NCBI RefSeq assembly: GCF_001194135.2
Contig: NC_068981.1
Span: 127,005,340-127,069,339 of the forward strand
Reading direction: 5' to 3'
Source: Octopus bimaculoides
Taxonomy: Eukaryota
DNA length: 64,000 nucleotides
Shown: in pieces, positions 37,331 to 49,929 of the stretch
Position numbering within the stretch: the stretch's first letter is position 1
How the letters are laid out: every line of letters starts with the position of its first letter
Notes under the pieces: model-generated
Told to the model about the DNA's origin: nothing
What the model saw: only the letters and a program-made list of their open reading frames with translations
Databases searched by the model: none
Translations under genes and position numbers: made by a program

Positions 37331-37360
37331 ATGCTCTCTCCCCCTCTCTTCTATATATAT

Positions 37361-37882
37361 CATCATCATCATTGTTGTTTAACGTCCGCTTTCCATGCTA
37401 GCATGGGTTGGACGATTTGACTGAGGACTGGTGAAACCAGATGGCTACACCAGGCTCCAATCTGATTTGGCAGAGTTTCTACAGCTGGATGCCCTTCCTA
37501 ACGCCAACCACTCCGAGAGTGTAGTGGGTGCTTTTACGTGCCACCGGCACAAAGGCCAGTCAGGCAGTACTGGCAACGGCCACACTCAAAATGGTGTATT
37601 TTACATGCCACCTGCACAGGAGCCAGTCCAGTGGCACTGGCAACGATCTCGCTCGAATGTCTTTACACGTGCAACCGGCACAAGTGCCAGGAAGGCGACA
37701 CTGGGCACAGGTGCCATCACAATTTCGCTTTCGCTAGCCCCAACAGGTCTTTGCAAGCCGAGTTTCGTGTCCAAAGAAGGAGACAACGTTGGCATGGGTC
37801 GAATTTAGTTTGATTTCGATTTCACTTGCCTTAACAGGTCTTCGCAAGCGAAATTTAGTGTCCAATGAAGGAAGGTACGCAT
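37361..37882 (-). mobile_element. Longest copy of retroposon family C ((GAT)n tail, gttggcgttaggaagggcatcc motif)
   Basis: 3' end ccaacccatgctagcatggaaagcggacgttaaac(gat)n; copies are variably 5'-truncated, as expected for target-primed reverse transcription. Confidence 0.85.
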
Positions 37883-38999
37883 ACACACACTTCATCAAAT
37901 GTCTAGGGTTTTTTTCCACACTAGCACAGGTTTGAACAGATTTATTTGGGCATAGGACTGTATGGCCAAATTCTCTTCTCATTGCCAGGCCACAACCCTT
38001 GAGGTGAAAATAGTAGAACTAGTAAAACAATAAAAGTATCTCCTATATGATGTCCTTGGTCATCAATGACAAACAAACATTATATTATTATTATCATATG
38101 GTGGTTTAGCTGGCAGAATCATTAGCATGCCATGCAAAATGCTTAGCAGCATTTAATCTGTCTTTACATTCATTCTGAGTTCAAATTCCACTGAGGTTGA
38201 CTTTGCCTTTCATCCTTTCGGGGTTGATAAAATAACTCACTGTACTAAGTGACCTCAGTTACATACTGAAGTCACTGAGTACTAGGTTGATGTAATCGAC
38301 TTCCCCATCCCCGAAATTGCTGGCCTTGGGGCAAAATTCGAAACCATTATTATTATCATTAATATATGCACACATATGTATAAAAAATGTATCACTTAAC
38401 ATAAATTAATTATGAATAGTGACATAGAGTTAGATTAATGAATTCATGAATTCTGAGACAAATGACAATCAGGAAAAGGAAGGTTGCTAATTAACTACTG
38501 TCAAAACTTTGGGTATGCAAGAGATAATATGGGAGCACCAGCAGGTCTTTGTAGTAGATGTAGTGATTAGCAGTAACAGTGTCCTTGAAATGAATTCTTT
38601 TAAGTGTATGGAAAGACCCTTAAAACAGAAATTAATAGCATCAGTGATCTAATCAGCAGAGGAGGGATGGATGTTCTGAAAGCAAAATAACGAAAGTAAG
38701 AACAGAGCAGAAAAACTTCAAGAACCTATTACTTATGCTGACAACAAAAGGAATCTCATCTGAGTAAAAATGCAGATTTTATGATACTTAACTTTTATTT
38801 GTTTCAGTCATTAGACTGTGGCCATGCTGGGGCATTGCCTTGAAGAATTTTAGTTGAATAAATCGACCCCAGTACTTATTTTTTTGTAAAGCCTGGTACT
38901 TTTTATATCAATTTCTTTTGCTGGACTGCTAAGTTACAGGGACAATCACATCAATACCAGTTATAAAGTGGTGGTAAGTGACAGACACAAAGACACTAA

Positions 39000-39300
39000 G
39001 AACTTTCGAGCGAGATCGTTGCCAGTGCTCCTGAAATGGCTCTTGTGCAGGTGGCACATAAAATACACCATTTTGAGCACGGCCGTTGCCAGTACCGCCT
39101 GACTGGCCTTCGTGCCGGTGGTCCGTAAAAGCACCCACTACACTCTCAGAGTGGTTGGCGTTAGGAAGGGCATCCAGCTGTAGAAACTCTGCCAAATCAG
39201 ATTGGAGCCTGGTGTAGCCATCTGGTTTCACCAGTCCTCAGTCAAATTGTCCAACCCATGCTAGCATGGAAAGCGGATGTTAAACGACGATGATGATGAT
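39000..39300 (+). mobile_element. Family C retroposon
   Basis: Near-identical to the reverse complement of 37361-37660. Confidence 0.88.
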
Positions 39301-39477
39301 ATATATAAAGTAAATATATATACCGAAGTAAGCACATAAATGTGAAACAAGGTGGGGAAAAAATAGTACTCGAATACTATTTCACGTTCCCATTCGTCAG
39401 ACAGACAAACAGGAATATGAAACTCTGAGTAGCAGTTTTTTGTGATATTCTTGCAGCTTTAATAATAATAAAGTGTG

Positions 39478-39531
<54 letters not shown>

Positions 39532-40929
39532 NNNNNNNNNNTGAGTTTCTGTCTACCAAATCCACTCACAAGGCTTTGGTCAGCCTGAGACTATAGTAGA
39601 AGACACTTGCCCAAAGTTCCATGCAGTGGGACTGAACGCAGAATCATGTGGTTGAGAAGCCAACTTCTTACCATGCAGCTACACCTAGTGCATGGTAGTG
39701 AAACATGGATATTGGATGCATAATGCTGATGTACATGAACAAACAGCACAAATAAGTTGATAATAAAAACTGAGTATATGAGAAATCAGCTATAGTGTGC
39801 AAAAGAAAAGACAGAGCTAGTATGGAGACATGATGCATATGGTTAATGACAGTTGGTAAAAAAGTGCCAAGTGGTCCCAATGGAAGGAATATGTGATAAA
39901 GAAACATTGAGAAAGATGTAGGAAGTAGTGAAGTTGATGTCAGAATGTTGAAGGTTGCAAAGGTGACAAGGTACCATAAATAGCAAGAAGCTGCACTGGA
40001 GAAGACCAAATCCAAGCATGGCAAAATAGATGTAAAATGATAATGACTATCAGTTTTATATTTATTTTTCTAATGCCTGCATGGATTGGCTAGGTTTAGG
40101 AGAAAGCATTCAACCACATATCTTAATCTTCCATGATGACTGATATGCATAATGAGAAATAAGTTCAGTAAATATCAAACTTCAAAAGTCACTTCACTAA
40201 TCTCATTTAAAATAAACATTAATGAACCAACATTTGAGCCTTTATGTGGTCATTTAAATGGCTAGACATAGCAGCAAAATCTTCAAGTTACACTATATCA
40301 GCTTGAAAAAGAACCACATTGGATAATGGTGTTGTAGATTATGCAATGCTCAAAAGAACAGACAAAATGGTAATACCTGAAACGTTTTGGATTATGAGTC
40401 TGTACAGTGACAGTTGACCTGAGATTAAACAACAAACGTCTACTTCACAGACAACATATAAGCAATCAGGTATTTATGTTGTTTTTGTAACTTCCTGTTT
40501 TCAATTTAAGTAAAAAAAACGAAACTTGATAGAATGTCATTTATAATACAGGAAGTGGCAGAAAAAAATTCCCATATTTTATTTGGTCATCGGTGTGTGG
40601 CACTAATGCTGCTCCAGCATGACCGCAGCCACTTGGCTGAAACCCATAAATAAATAAATAAATATAGCTAATGTTTTTATCACTTTCCTTTTTTATTCCC
40701 CCACCCCACCAGCTATCCTCATGGTTTGGATTGATGCACACCATGCATTAACTGTTGAAATGTTTATCAAGAACAGGGAATCTGTAATTGCAACACAGAT
40801 TTTTTCATATTCATTTTGGGTTAAATCAAAATGATGTTGCTCCAGACTGAAAATCTATATTGCTATGGACTGAAAAATTCAGAGTTGCAGATTTAGGGCT
40901 AAAAAAAAAAAAAAAATTCTGGTAGACCT

Positions 40930-41620
40930 TAAGAGTGTTCAAACTCCAGTAAATATCCAACCTGTGAGATAGACAGTTTTGTAATCTCCTAAATGTTCAA
41001 TACATAACCAACCTCTGCTTTGGGATTATCTGATTAAACTGTCTAGAGAATTTTACACACTGATCTTAGGTTCCATACAAAATGATGGTGGTTTAGAAAC
41101 TTCATGAACATGAGAGAACAACTGCAGGGTATGCTGCAAGGATATCCATCACAATGTTCCTGTAGATGTTCTCTTAAGCAATGAAGCCCGGTTTCATCTG
41201 TCTGATTTTGTCAATAAGTAGAATCTTCACTACTGAGCAAAAAGACAATCCTGATGTCTCATAAAAGAGCTCTACACAATAAACAAGTTACTGTGAAATG
41301 ATTTGTAGTAAATTTTGGTGTTTGGAACCTCACATTTTTGACGAGGCCAAGCAATTACAGTAACATCCAAACAACACATGGAAATGTTCCTTTACTTTCT
41401 GGAATCAAACCTCACATTCCTTAGAAACTTGCATGTAGCATCAACAGGATGGAGCCAACAGCAGTGTATCACAATAGAGGCCACCATTTGGAAGATATTT
41501 CCGAAACCAAATGAAACAAACTGTATCCCTTCATGTTAATAAAATATTTTTTTGATAACATTTACCTAGGCATTTTTGTTAACCTGTAAAATGTATTTTT
41601 CTCTCTTTTTTGCCTTACCC
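40930..41620 (+). mobile_element. Internally deleted Tc1/mariner-type transposase remnant
   Basis: VLLSNEARFHLSDFVNK*NLHY (about 41165-41235) resembles the F-S-D-E-A-x-F-x-L-x-G-x-VNKQN motif. Boundaries approximate. Confidence 0.55.
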
Positions 41621-43125
41621 TGTATTAGGAAATCAAGATTTTTTCAAGCAACCAGAAATCGATCACTTAGAGTAATAGAAGCATTTTATTATTCTAAAAC
41701 AATCCAATTTTTCAAGTGGTGTTATCTGGAATATTATATATATATATATACTCTGAAGTATTGAGGATTACTTTTAAAGGAAATTATTTAATAAATGGCT
41801 CTCAAACAGGGAGTCATGAAAGAAATTTAATTTTATAGTTTCAATGATTATCCAAAAGTTAATAAGCAAACCGATGGCCAAAGAGTGAGGTTCAAATCGG
41901 AAGTTAGCCACAGCCAATTTAACAAAACGATAGCTTGTTATAAATTAGTCGTACGTAACACTAACTTAGATTATGTTTCAAATAACTAATATACTGAAAT
42001 TATATTTCTTTTATTTGAATTCGATTACTATAAATAAGCAGAATTTCTTATGAAAACTACAGGTCACGGTTTTCGCTTTAACTACTACAATAGCTTTTGA
42101 AGCTTGCATCATAGATATAGTAAAGCTTTCTTGAAACTTCACACAGATTTATATATGTCAGTAATTATGATCATCATCATCACCATCTTAGTCGTAAGTT
42201 CTGTATATGTAGACAGGTTCCTTGAGCAAAGAATACGCAATAGAATTTCGTTCACCGACTACAGTCATCTCATATTACCAACGTCGCTAACACCCTTGAG
42301 AAATAGATGAACATCACAACTTTCCATCTGCTAGAAATAGCAAAATACCGTCATACTATAATACCTCCACGGTCTTAAATATAGAAAAGAAAACACATTG
42401 AGCAATGTCGTATAGACAAGACAGTCACGGCTAGAATACTTTTGATCATAAGTCTGACCGGATCTAAACAACCATCATTAGTCATTTTTCACTTTCCTTT
42501 GTGTAGTCGCACATCAGACTGAGTTTTATGTTAATGTTTAATATATACAAAGAACATCGAAAAATAAATCCGAATTTGTCAAGGGCCGAAATAACAATTA
42601 ATAAATAATAGTTTTTTGCAGAGACGCGATGCTTCTGAGTTTTCATTTGTGGGGATAAAATGCAAGGATTGTGACGTTTATGGTTTTCCCAAGGGCAACA
42701 GCGAGGGAAGCGAAGCGAAAAGATATGAATTAAAAATACTAACTACACACACGCAGTCTACAAGGAAAAACGATCTAATTTAGAATAGTATTGTCTGAGC
42801 AAGTGACCACGAGATAGAATATAGCTACTCCAGCCAAGCTGCATTCTAATGTCAATATTTGGTTGTGGGGAGGTATTCAGAAAAGGGTATGTTGCACAGA
42901 GTGCGCCACTTCGATCGCTATAATAGTAGAATTGAGGTTTTCGCTGTTCTTATATCTCGAATTAGCATCGATTTATTAAGGGGGAACAGTAACAAAAAAT
43001 ATCTAAAAATTGGATATCAAAATAATACACACACCCACATATATATATATATATATTATACAACATACACACGCATCGCTTCATTTCTTTCTTCACACAC
43101 ATACATATATATCTATATTTATATA

Positions 43126-43171
<46 letters not shown>

Positions 43172-43725
43172 GACGCTATACCCTACTCTACCACTATTTC
43201 GAGTGGGACACATAAAATCGCAGGACTTGAATGCTATCTGTTAATATTGTGATGCTTAACTAACTCGCTACACACCCACATGTTTGTAATATACTTCAAT
43301 GTGCAAAAAGAAAATGAGGCTTTTTTTAAAAAATAGAACCATTGCGATCTGGCGAGCTTAGAAAAGATTTTCAGTAAAACAGTTTCTATTCAAAAGCAAC
43401 ACGATGATAAATTTGCTTAAATTACCGACGATAGAAATATTATCGATATTTGAAATGTATAAAAAAGCGTATTTAATAAAAAGTTTCGAGATGGAAATGC
43501 GACACAATTGTCAAAATGTCAACAAAAATAAAACAACGAAGTATAATCTAAAATAACCTAAACAATAGTAAATATAAGTTCACCATGAAAAAAGCACATA
43601 AAAAGCATTAATAGCGAATAGCTTTAGCGATATATTGAAAATCACGAATGAAATATCTGAGCAGCTGTATAGAGTTAGTTCTAAAATAAATGGGGAAGCC
43701 ATCGTGAGCAGGAGGAAAGACTCAC

Positions 43726-43795
43726 CTATGGCATCTGTCAATGAATAGGAGAAATACTTCTTCACTTTACATGAAAACATGCTACTTCCCGCCAT
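43726..43795 (-). CDS. Putative first exon of PAGR1 (MAGSSMFSCKVKKYFSYSLTDAI); may be coding or 5'UTR
   Basis: ATGGCG start just downstream of a housekeeping-type promoter and a perfect donor ATAG|GTGAGT at 43725. The 70 nt are phase 1, in frame with the acceptor at 29006 (would give 1,875 aa). The link is inferred and no homology supports these residues. Confidence 0.45.
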
Positions 43796-43895
43796 TACAA
43801 GGCACGTCGCTGTGTATGACAGTGCGCAGGCGCAGTACTAATACTAGTAACGTCACTTCCTATCAGTGACTTAAACTTCACTTTTCCATGGCAAC
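43784..43895 (-). promoter_or_regulatory. TATA-less promoter motif cluster: YY1-like, NRF1-like, ETS/CRE composite and RFX X-box
   Basis: CCGCCATT 43789-43796; TGCGCAGGCGCA 43823-43834; ACGTCACTTCC (reverse complement GGAAGTGACGT) 43850-43860; tTTTCCATGGCAAC 43882-43895 (13/14 to GTTNCCATGGNAAC). All lie within a CpG-retaining region. Confidence 0.65.
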
Positions 43896-44959
43896 TGTTC
43901 TCGAGAGATAAATAAGTTAACGTTTAACAATTCTTTCTTCTATAGGCACAAGGCCGGGAATTTTGGAGGGAGTGGGGATAGTCGATCACAGCGAACCCCA
44001 GTGCTAAATTGGTATTTATTTTATCGTCCCTGAAAGAATGAAAGGCAAAGTCAACTGCGGCGGAATTTGAACTCCGAACATAAACAAAAATTTGCCTCTT
44101 AGCATTTAACGATTCTGTACGTTTTGTCATTGGAATAGTGTTCTCCTTTATAATCATTTTACTTCACTAAAAGAGAGAGAGACAGAAAAAAAAAGCTAAC
44201 TCAGAGGAGAAAGACCTCAGCTGATCTAAGAAAAAGTCTCAATGGGTAGTTGTCGAACTGAAGATTGATTTGATAAATATTGTCTTTTAGCCATATAATA
44301 ATAATAAGCAAGCACTAAAAAACTAGAGTTGAAAATATTAGTTAGTGAAAGCAAAAGTAATGAAGTATTCTCATGGTAATAATTAATTTTTAGCATAGTA
44401 GGGGAAAGGAAAAGTCGATTGAGATCGCCAGCGGATCCTGGCGTGTGGCAAAACATGACGAAGATAGGGAACTACTGTGTTTACAAATTAGTATTCCAGT
44501 TAGCTGTGATCTAAAACAGTCTAGTGCGACCTGCTGTACTTTCTGAATTACATGCCTAACGAAAATTAACCTTGAATTTTTTTTTAGTAGTGCAACATGT
44601 CTCGTGCTCCGCTCCTTGAAAAAGGTTGCTCATGCCTGATCGAAAGCATTCCAGCAGGGCTATCTAGGACTGCATTATTCAATGGGTTATTTTCTTATTT
44701 TTAAGACAGTATTGTGTGATTTGAAGGAAATGTAACTACAGGTCCAACAACAGAGTACCTTGTCCGAGTTGGCATCACATGTTTCGGTTGGTTTTAAGTA
44801 AAGCAACATTGGAACACATTGAAATATCTCACGCACACGAGGTGAACAAACGAAAGTAGCATTCTATTCGTTTAGTTGGAGTTGTGTATTTAACGGGTTA
44901 ACTCTACTCCAATTCACTCAAGTTTCATGGATGCATACACCCCACCCCATCTCGCTTGT

Positions 44960-44991
<32 letters not shown>

Positions 44992-45257
44992 CACTATTGT
45001 GTAGACTGTTGAATGTAAGCATATATCGCTGGTTACAATGCGCTTCTTCGTGTTGTAGCCCTAATTGATGCCACCCCGCATGCAGGCGAGCCAACATTCG
45101 CTCTGAGTGAATTGGAGTGTTTTGCTGAAGAATAAACGCACAATCAAAACCACGATCTTGCCAATGTGACTGCAACTTTCTTAGGGATGGAGGAAATCAA
45201 TAGCTACAAGCAAATAGTATTGAATGATCGTACAGTTTGTGCATCCAAACGTGTGTG

Positions 45258-45316
<59 letters not shown>

Positions 45317-47121
45317 ATACACGCGCGCACATACATATAATGGAGGGTGTGAGCTGGATGGGGCGGGGAATAATGCTTATACTGGACCCACTGCACTTTG
45401 GTGTATTTAAAAATAAAATATCTTCCTCCATAGAATGAGCTATTGTGAGCGTGAAAAAAAACCAAAATCAATTTAGCAAAATAACTGTGGCATATGTTAA
45501 ATTCTTGAATGATCCACACTAGTTGGAACCACGAACCAATGAGGGAGTTTCTATGTGGTCGCAGTCTGCTAAAAATAGCAGTCAAATCTCTCAAAGCATT
45601 TTCTAACGTCCTTAAAAATAACAAGATTGTATTTTGTAACATAATCTGAGACAAACAACGTCTGAAAGAACTGGAAGGTCATTGCTAGAAAGTATTCGAT
45701 CATAGGCTTGCTTGATTAAGGTTGATCGGGAGCAAAAACAATTCGTTGGAACAGGCCTCGAATTCCAATTTGAATCACTGTTTACTTCGTTCATGAATTA
45801 AGAAGCGGTGTTGATGTCGCAGATTTCTTCAAACACGTCTGTTCGTCGTCTTATCTAAGTAATATATCTAGGGCTTCGCACTATCGTAAAAACAGTTTTT
45901 AAAACAATGGGGGGGGGGGAATAATATTGACAATAATGTCTTTAGGTTACAAATCCATGCGATAGAGGAGTAAAACCGTATGACATTAATGCCTTTCTCA
46001 GTACCACAAATGGTTAAAATGCAGTGAAATAGATTTGAGGCAGCGCGCCAAGCTGCCATAACAAGAAGAAAAGGAAAAAGAGATCATCACAATGATTGAT
46101 GTATGTAAATAATGCGCTTTCCCTAATTAAGATGTTGGCGCACCAATGAAGACTGGTTTTTCATATACTGATTCAAGGGAGAATATACACTGGAGTAATT
46201 TCCCGTGGCTTCTCCAGGCCCAAGGTAGGATTTCGAAGTTCAGCGCTGCAAGAAACACATGTTATTCATATACATTGTTCCTCTGCACGACAAATTACAG
46301 AGCACAATGGGTGCTACAAGTGTGTTAATCCCTTGGACACCGAAATTTGCAATACTAAATACCACCGGCAACAGAAAATGTGAAATAATTATAGTAATAA
46401 TTAAACTGTTTTGACACGAGTGCTTGTTTATTATTACATAACACTTCTAATTTTATATTTCTTTTTTTGTCAGGAATCTAACGCGAAAAGACAATTTTTT
46501 CGGACAACATCAAGCGGTTTCTTCAGTAGAATCCAAGATAGCTTTCACTTACCTTCTTATATGTTAATTTCAGCATATAGTAAATAGGTTGTGTGAAAAT
46601 GTTTTACTCGAGGTTTTTTTCTTTCGTAAATTAATACATCATCCGATTAACAAAAAGCGACTAAATCTATATACATTAAAAAAAAAGTAATAATTTTTAA
46701 AAAACGGCCGATCGGCCATCTAACAACTTAAGTACTATTTCTTTACAAACTTGAAATAATTGTACGAAAGACAACTCTGCTATTAGTCAATTTCTAATCT
46801 AATCAAATCGGTCTACACGTTCAAAGCTTTGGTACAAAGGTGAAAATATTAACGGTGATTACTATAGAAAACTGTCGATGTTTAGGCACCAAATTAAGGA
46901 TTTTTTGAAATATTTTATTTAGGAAAAAGTAACAAATTTAGGGGAAGGGATATAGTTGATAAGATTACAACTTAGTTGCTCGCCCTTGAAGTTGGTCCTG
47001 GCAAGATTTGAACTCAGAAAGCAAAGTATTGTTTCAAGTGTTTATTGTTAGTTGGAAATTAAAGGAGACAACAAGGTTATATTGGAGGAGCTGGACGACA
47101 GTCACCCTCCAGCTCCACCAT

Positions 47122-47825
47122 TCTCCTCCCAAATTTGTTGCCTCATAACTTCCAGAAAAATGGATATTTTATAACAAAATTTTCTATGAATACGCTTCAG
47201 GTGGTGTAGATTCTGATTATATCGGAATTTTTTTTTTATGAAAAAATAAAGTTTTCCGACGGTGGGGCGAGAAGTTTCAGAAAATTCGCACGAGACTGCT
47301 TTCTTTACTCAACTGTCAGAAAATTGGGTAATTTTTTTTTTTTTTTTTTTTTTGTAATCACCTTTCAGAGTATGTAGATTACGTTTACATCGGAATTTAA
47401 TATGAAAAACAAAGAAAATTGGTGGGTTCGTACGCATACATACTAACACACGTCACAAAGTGAAACTTGAAATTCTGGAAAGATCAAATTCTGATATAAT
47501 CGTAATTTACACACTATGAGAAGTATTTGGTGAAAATTTCATTAAAAACTATCCATTTTTTGGGGCTGAAAGTTGTGAGGAAAATTGTGTAGATTTTGTG
47601 AATCGTGTGAATTTTCTGAAACTCCTCACCCCACCGTCAGAAAAAATTTTCTCACAACTCATATGAATTTCCCGAAGCTCCTCTTCCCACTCACCAAAAA
47701 ATGTTTTCACAACAAATTCCGATAGAATCAGAATCTACACCATCTGAAGCGTATTTGTAGAAAATTTCATTTAAAAATATCCATTTCTCTGAAAGTTATG
47801 AGGAAATAAAGTCGGGCGAGGGGGG
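47122..47825. mobile_element. Foldback/MITE-like element with long imperfect terminal inverted repeats
   Basis: 47122-47293 is the reverse complement of about 47604-47825, which carries a ~60-bp insert: cctcataacttccagaaaaatggatatttt versus aaaatatccatttctctgaaagttatgagg. Related sub-repeats occur internally. Confidence 0.65.
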
Positions 47826-48019
47826 AACGTTTGTGTAGGATTGCCAAAATGTGAATATCACTTCATAAATTGAATTAATGAAATTATTTTAGTTCCAACT
47901 TGGGTAGACAAGTTTTGAATAATGTGGTGTGTATCATCATCATCATCAGATTGATATACACACGTGTACACATAAACACATACATATGTGGTCTGTACTC
48001 CACTGTTTTGGTTTCCCCG

Positions 48020-49260
48020 ATCACTTTGATGACATCATTACTGCACTCCATGATGGACATGGTAGGACATGTCTGCACACAGAATGCACTCTCAAGCATT
48101 CCCCATCTTCATAGACCTGAAACAAGGATGCCTCCTGGCTCCAACTCTGTTCTCCATCTACCTGATGGCAGTGCTCTACGAGATCCCACATGGCTCTCCT
48201 GGTATTAATATCTACTATTGCCTGGACAGCAGACTCTTCAACTTTGCATGCCTGAAATCCAAAACTCAAATATCAAATAGCAGCATCAGGGAGTTCCAGT
48301 ACATAATGACAATGCCACCCCAACCTCCTCCATTGTAACCACCAGTTGAAGCCTACTATCACTTTGGGATGGAAGTGAATGTGGACAAAGTGAAAATACT
48401 TGTGCAGTCTGCTCCTGGACAAGAAATGCCAGAAGCTACCATCAACATAGGGTACACACCTCTGGATGTCGTCAACAACTTTCAATACCTTGGCAGCACT
48501 CTCTCACAATCCAGGACATACAAAAGAGATATCAACCACTGCATCAAATCCACTCATTGAGCTTTTAGAAGACTCAGCAAGCACATATTCAACAACTACA
48601 GACTCTCCCTCTGAACAAAACTTATGGAGTTCCACACCATTGTCATCTCCATCTTGCTGTATGCTTGCAAGACATGGACTCTGTATAAAAATGACCTGGA
48701 AAAGCTTGAGCATTTCCCAAAACCTAACCTTCTGCAGATCCTCAACATCAAATAGCAAGACCAATGCACCAACAACAATGTACTCAATTGCTCAGAAGTG
48801 ACAATCATTGAAGCCACCATCTTCAAGCATCACCTCAGGTGGTCAGGATATGTTGTCTGAATGGCCCTTTCAAGACTCATGTGGACCATCTTCTACAGCA
48901 AGCTTGTCAATGGTAAATGACATTGAGAAGCCCCAAAATGCAGATTCAAAGACCAGCTGAAGTCTTCCCCGCTTCAAGCTGGAATCAACCCTAGCACCTG
49001 GGAAACAAACTGCCAACATCCCATGCTGGCGAAGAGCAATTCATTTCGGTTGGTCAACTCTCAAGGAGAGGAAAAAGACTGAAGAAGAAGCAAAAAGAAG
49101 GCAACACAGTGCCTGGCAACCCCAGTCAAGACTACCTATCACTCACACTGCCAGGCAATCAATGCCCAAGACTGTTCCATTCCCGACTTGGCCTCCTGAG
49201 TTACATCAGGTCTAAGCATCATGGAGGCACCAGATGAACCAAACTTGGACATGAGTGGTG
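48020..49260 (+). mobile_element. RTE-clade (BovB-like) LINE 3' fragment, decayed RT
   Basis: AFPIFIDLKQGCLLAPTLFSIYL, GINIYYCLDSRLFNFACLKSKT, VVNNFQYLGSTLS and HLRWSGYV are RTE-BovB RT and C-terminal signatures, with frameshifts. Confidence 0.88.
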
Positions 49261-49263
49261 CCG

Positions 49264-49313
<50 letters not shown>

Positions 49314-49929
49314 GGGACAAGAAAGCAAAACATCCAGACAGCTAGATGATACAAAAAAGGGACAACAAAACATCCAGACAGATGATACAAAAGATGGACA
49401 AGAAAAAACACAGACAGGTCATTCGAAGTTTTCTTTCCTCAGTCGAGTTCCAGATTATCTTTGCAATTTTGGCTGGTTATACTCGAGATTGCTCCAATCT
49501 GGCCAGCCCCAAAGAAAAACTAAGCTAAGAGCATTAGATTCCTTGGAAGAAAGCAGCAAATGTATACAAAAATAAAGACGGAAAAAGAAAAAAACAGAGA
49601 AATGGTACACAAATACAAATGCAAATAACAGGACATAACAACAGGTGTCTTTTGACCAAGGACGAATTAAATTAAGCTGGCATGTGTGAAAATGAAGCCT
49701 TACGGCAGGGACATGGGAGATGACAGGCATGGGAGAGATATAGATGTTGCACTGCGTTCTTGTCCCATTTTTTGTATTCCTTTTTATATACATATGGCAG
49801 CATACATACACTTTGGTTTCTTATATGTAAGTACATATATATATATAAGTACATATATGTACTTATATGTAAGTACATATATATATATATATAATGCTAT
49901 GTATAATATAGAACATTTATAAATAGAAT

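Noticed and set aside
37431-37808. Recurrent ORF MKPDGYTRLQSDLAEFLQLDALPNA (also 29285 and 38929)
   Set aside because: It is the antisense translation of the family C repeat, not a gene family.
44918-45175. Minus-strand ORF with a faint resemblance to the ALAS C-terminus (TPIHSERML...WHQLGL...AHCN)
   Set aside because: Spacing differs by about 4 residues from the recalled ALAS, no other ALAS exons are present and the splice context is unconvincing; a TBLASTN would settle it.
45868-46059. MAAWRAASNLF ORF resembling a mitochondrial presequence
   Set aside because: No strong donor site, no downstream partner exon and no recognisable homology.
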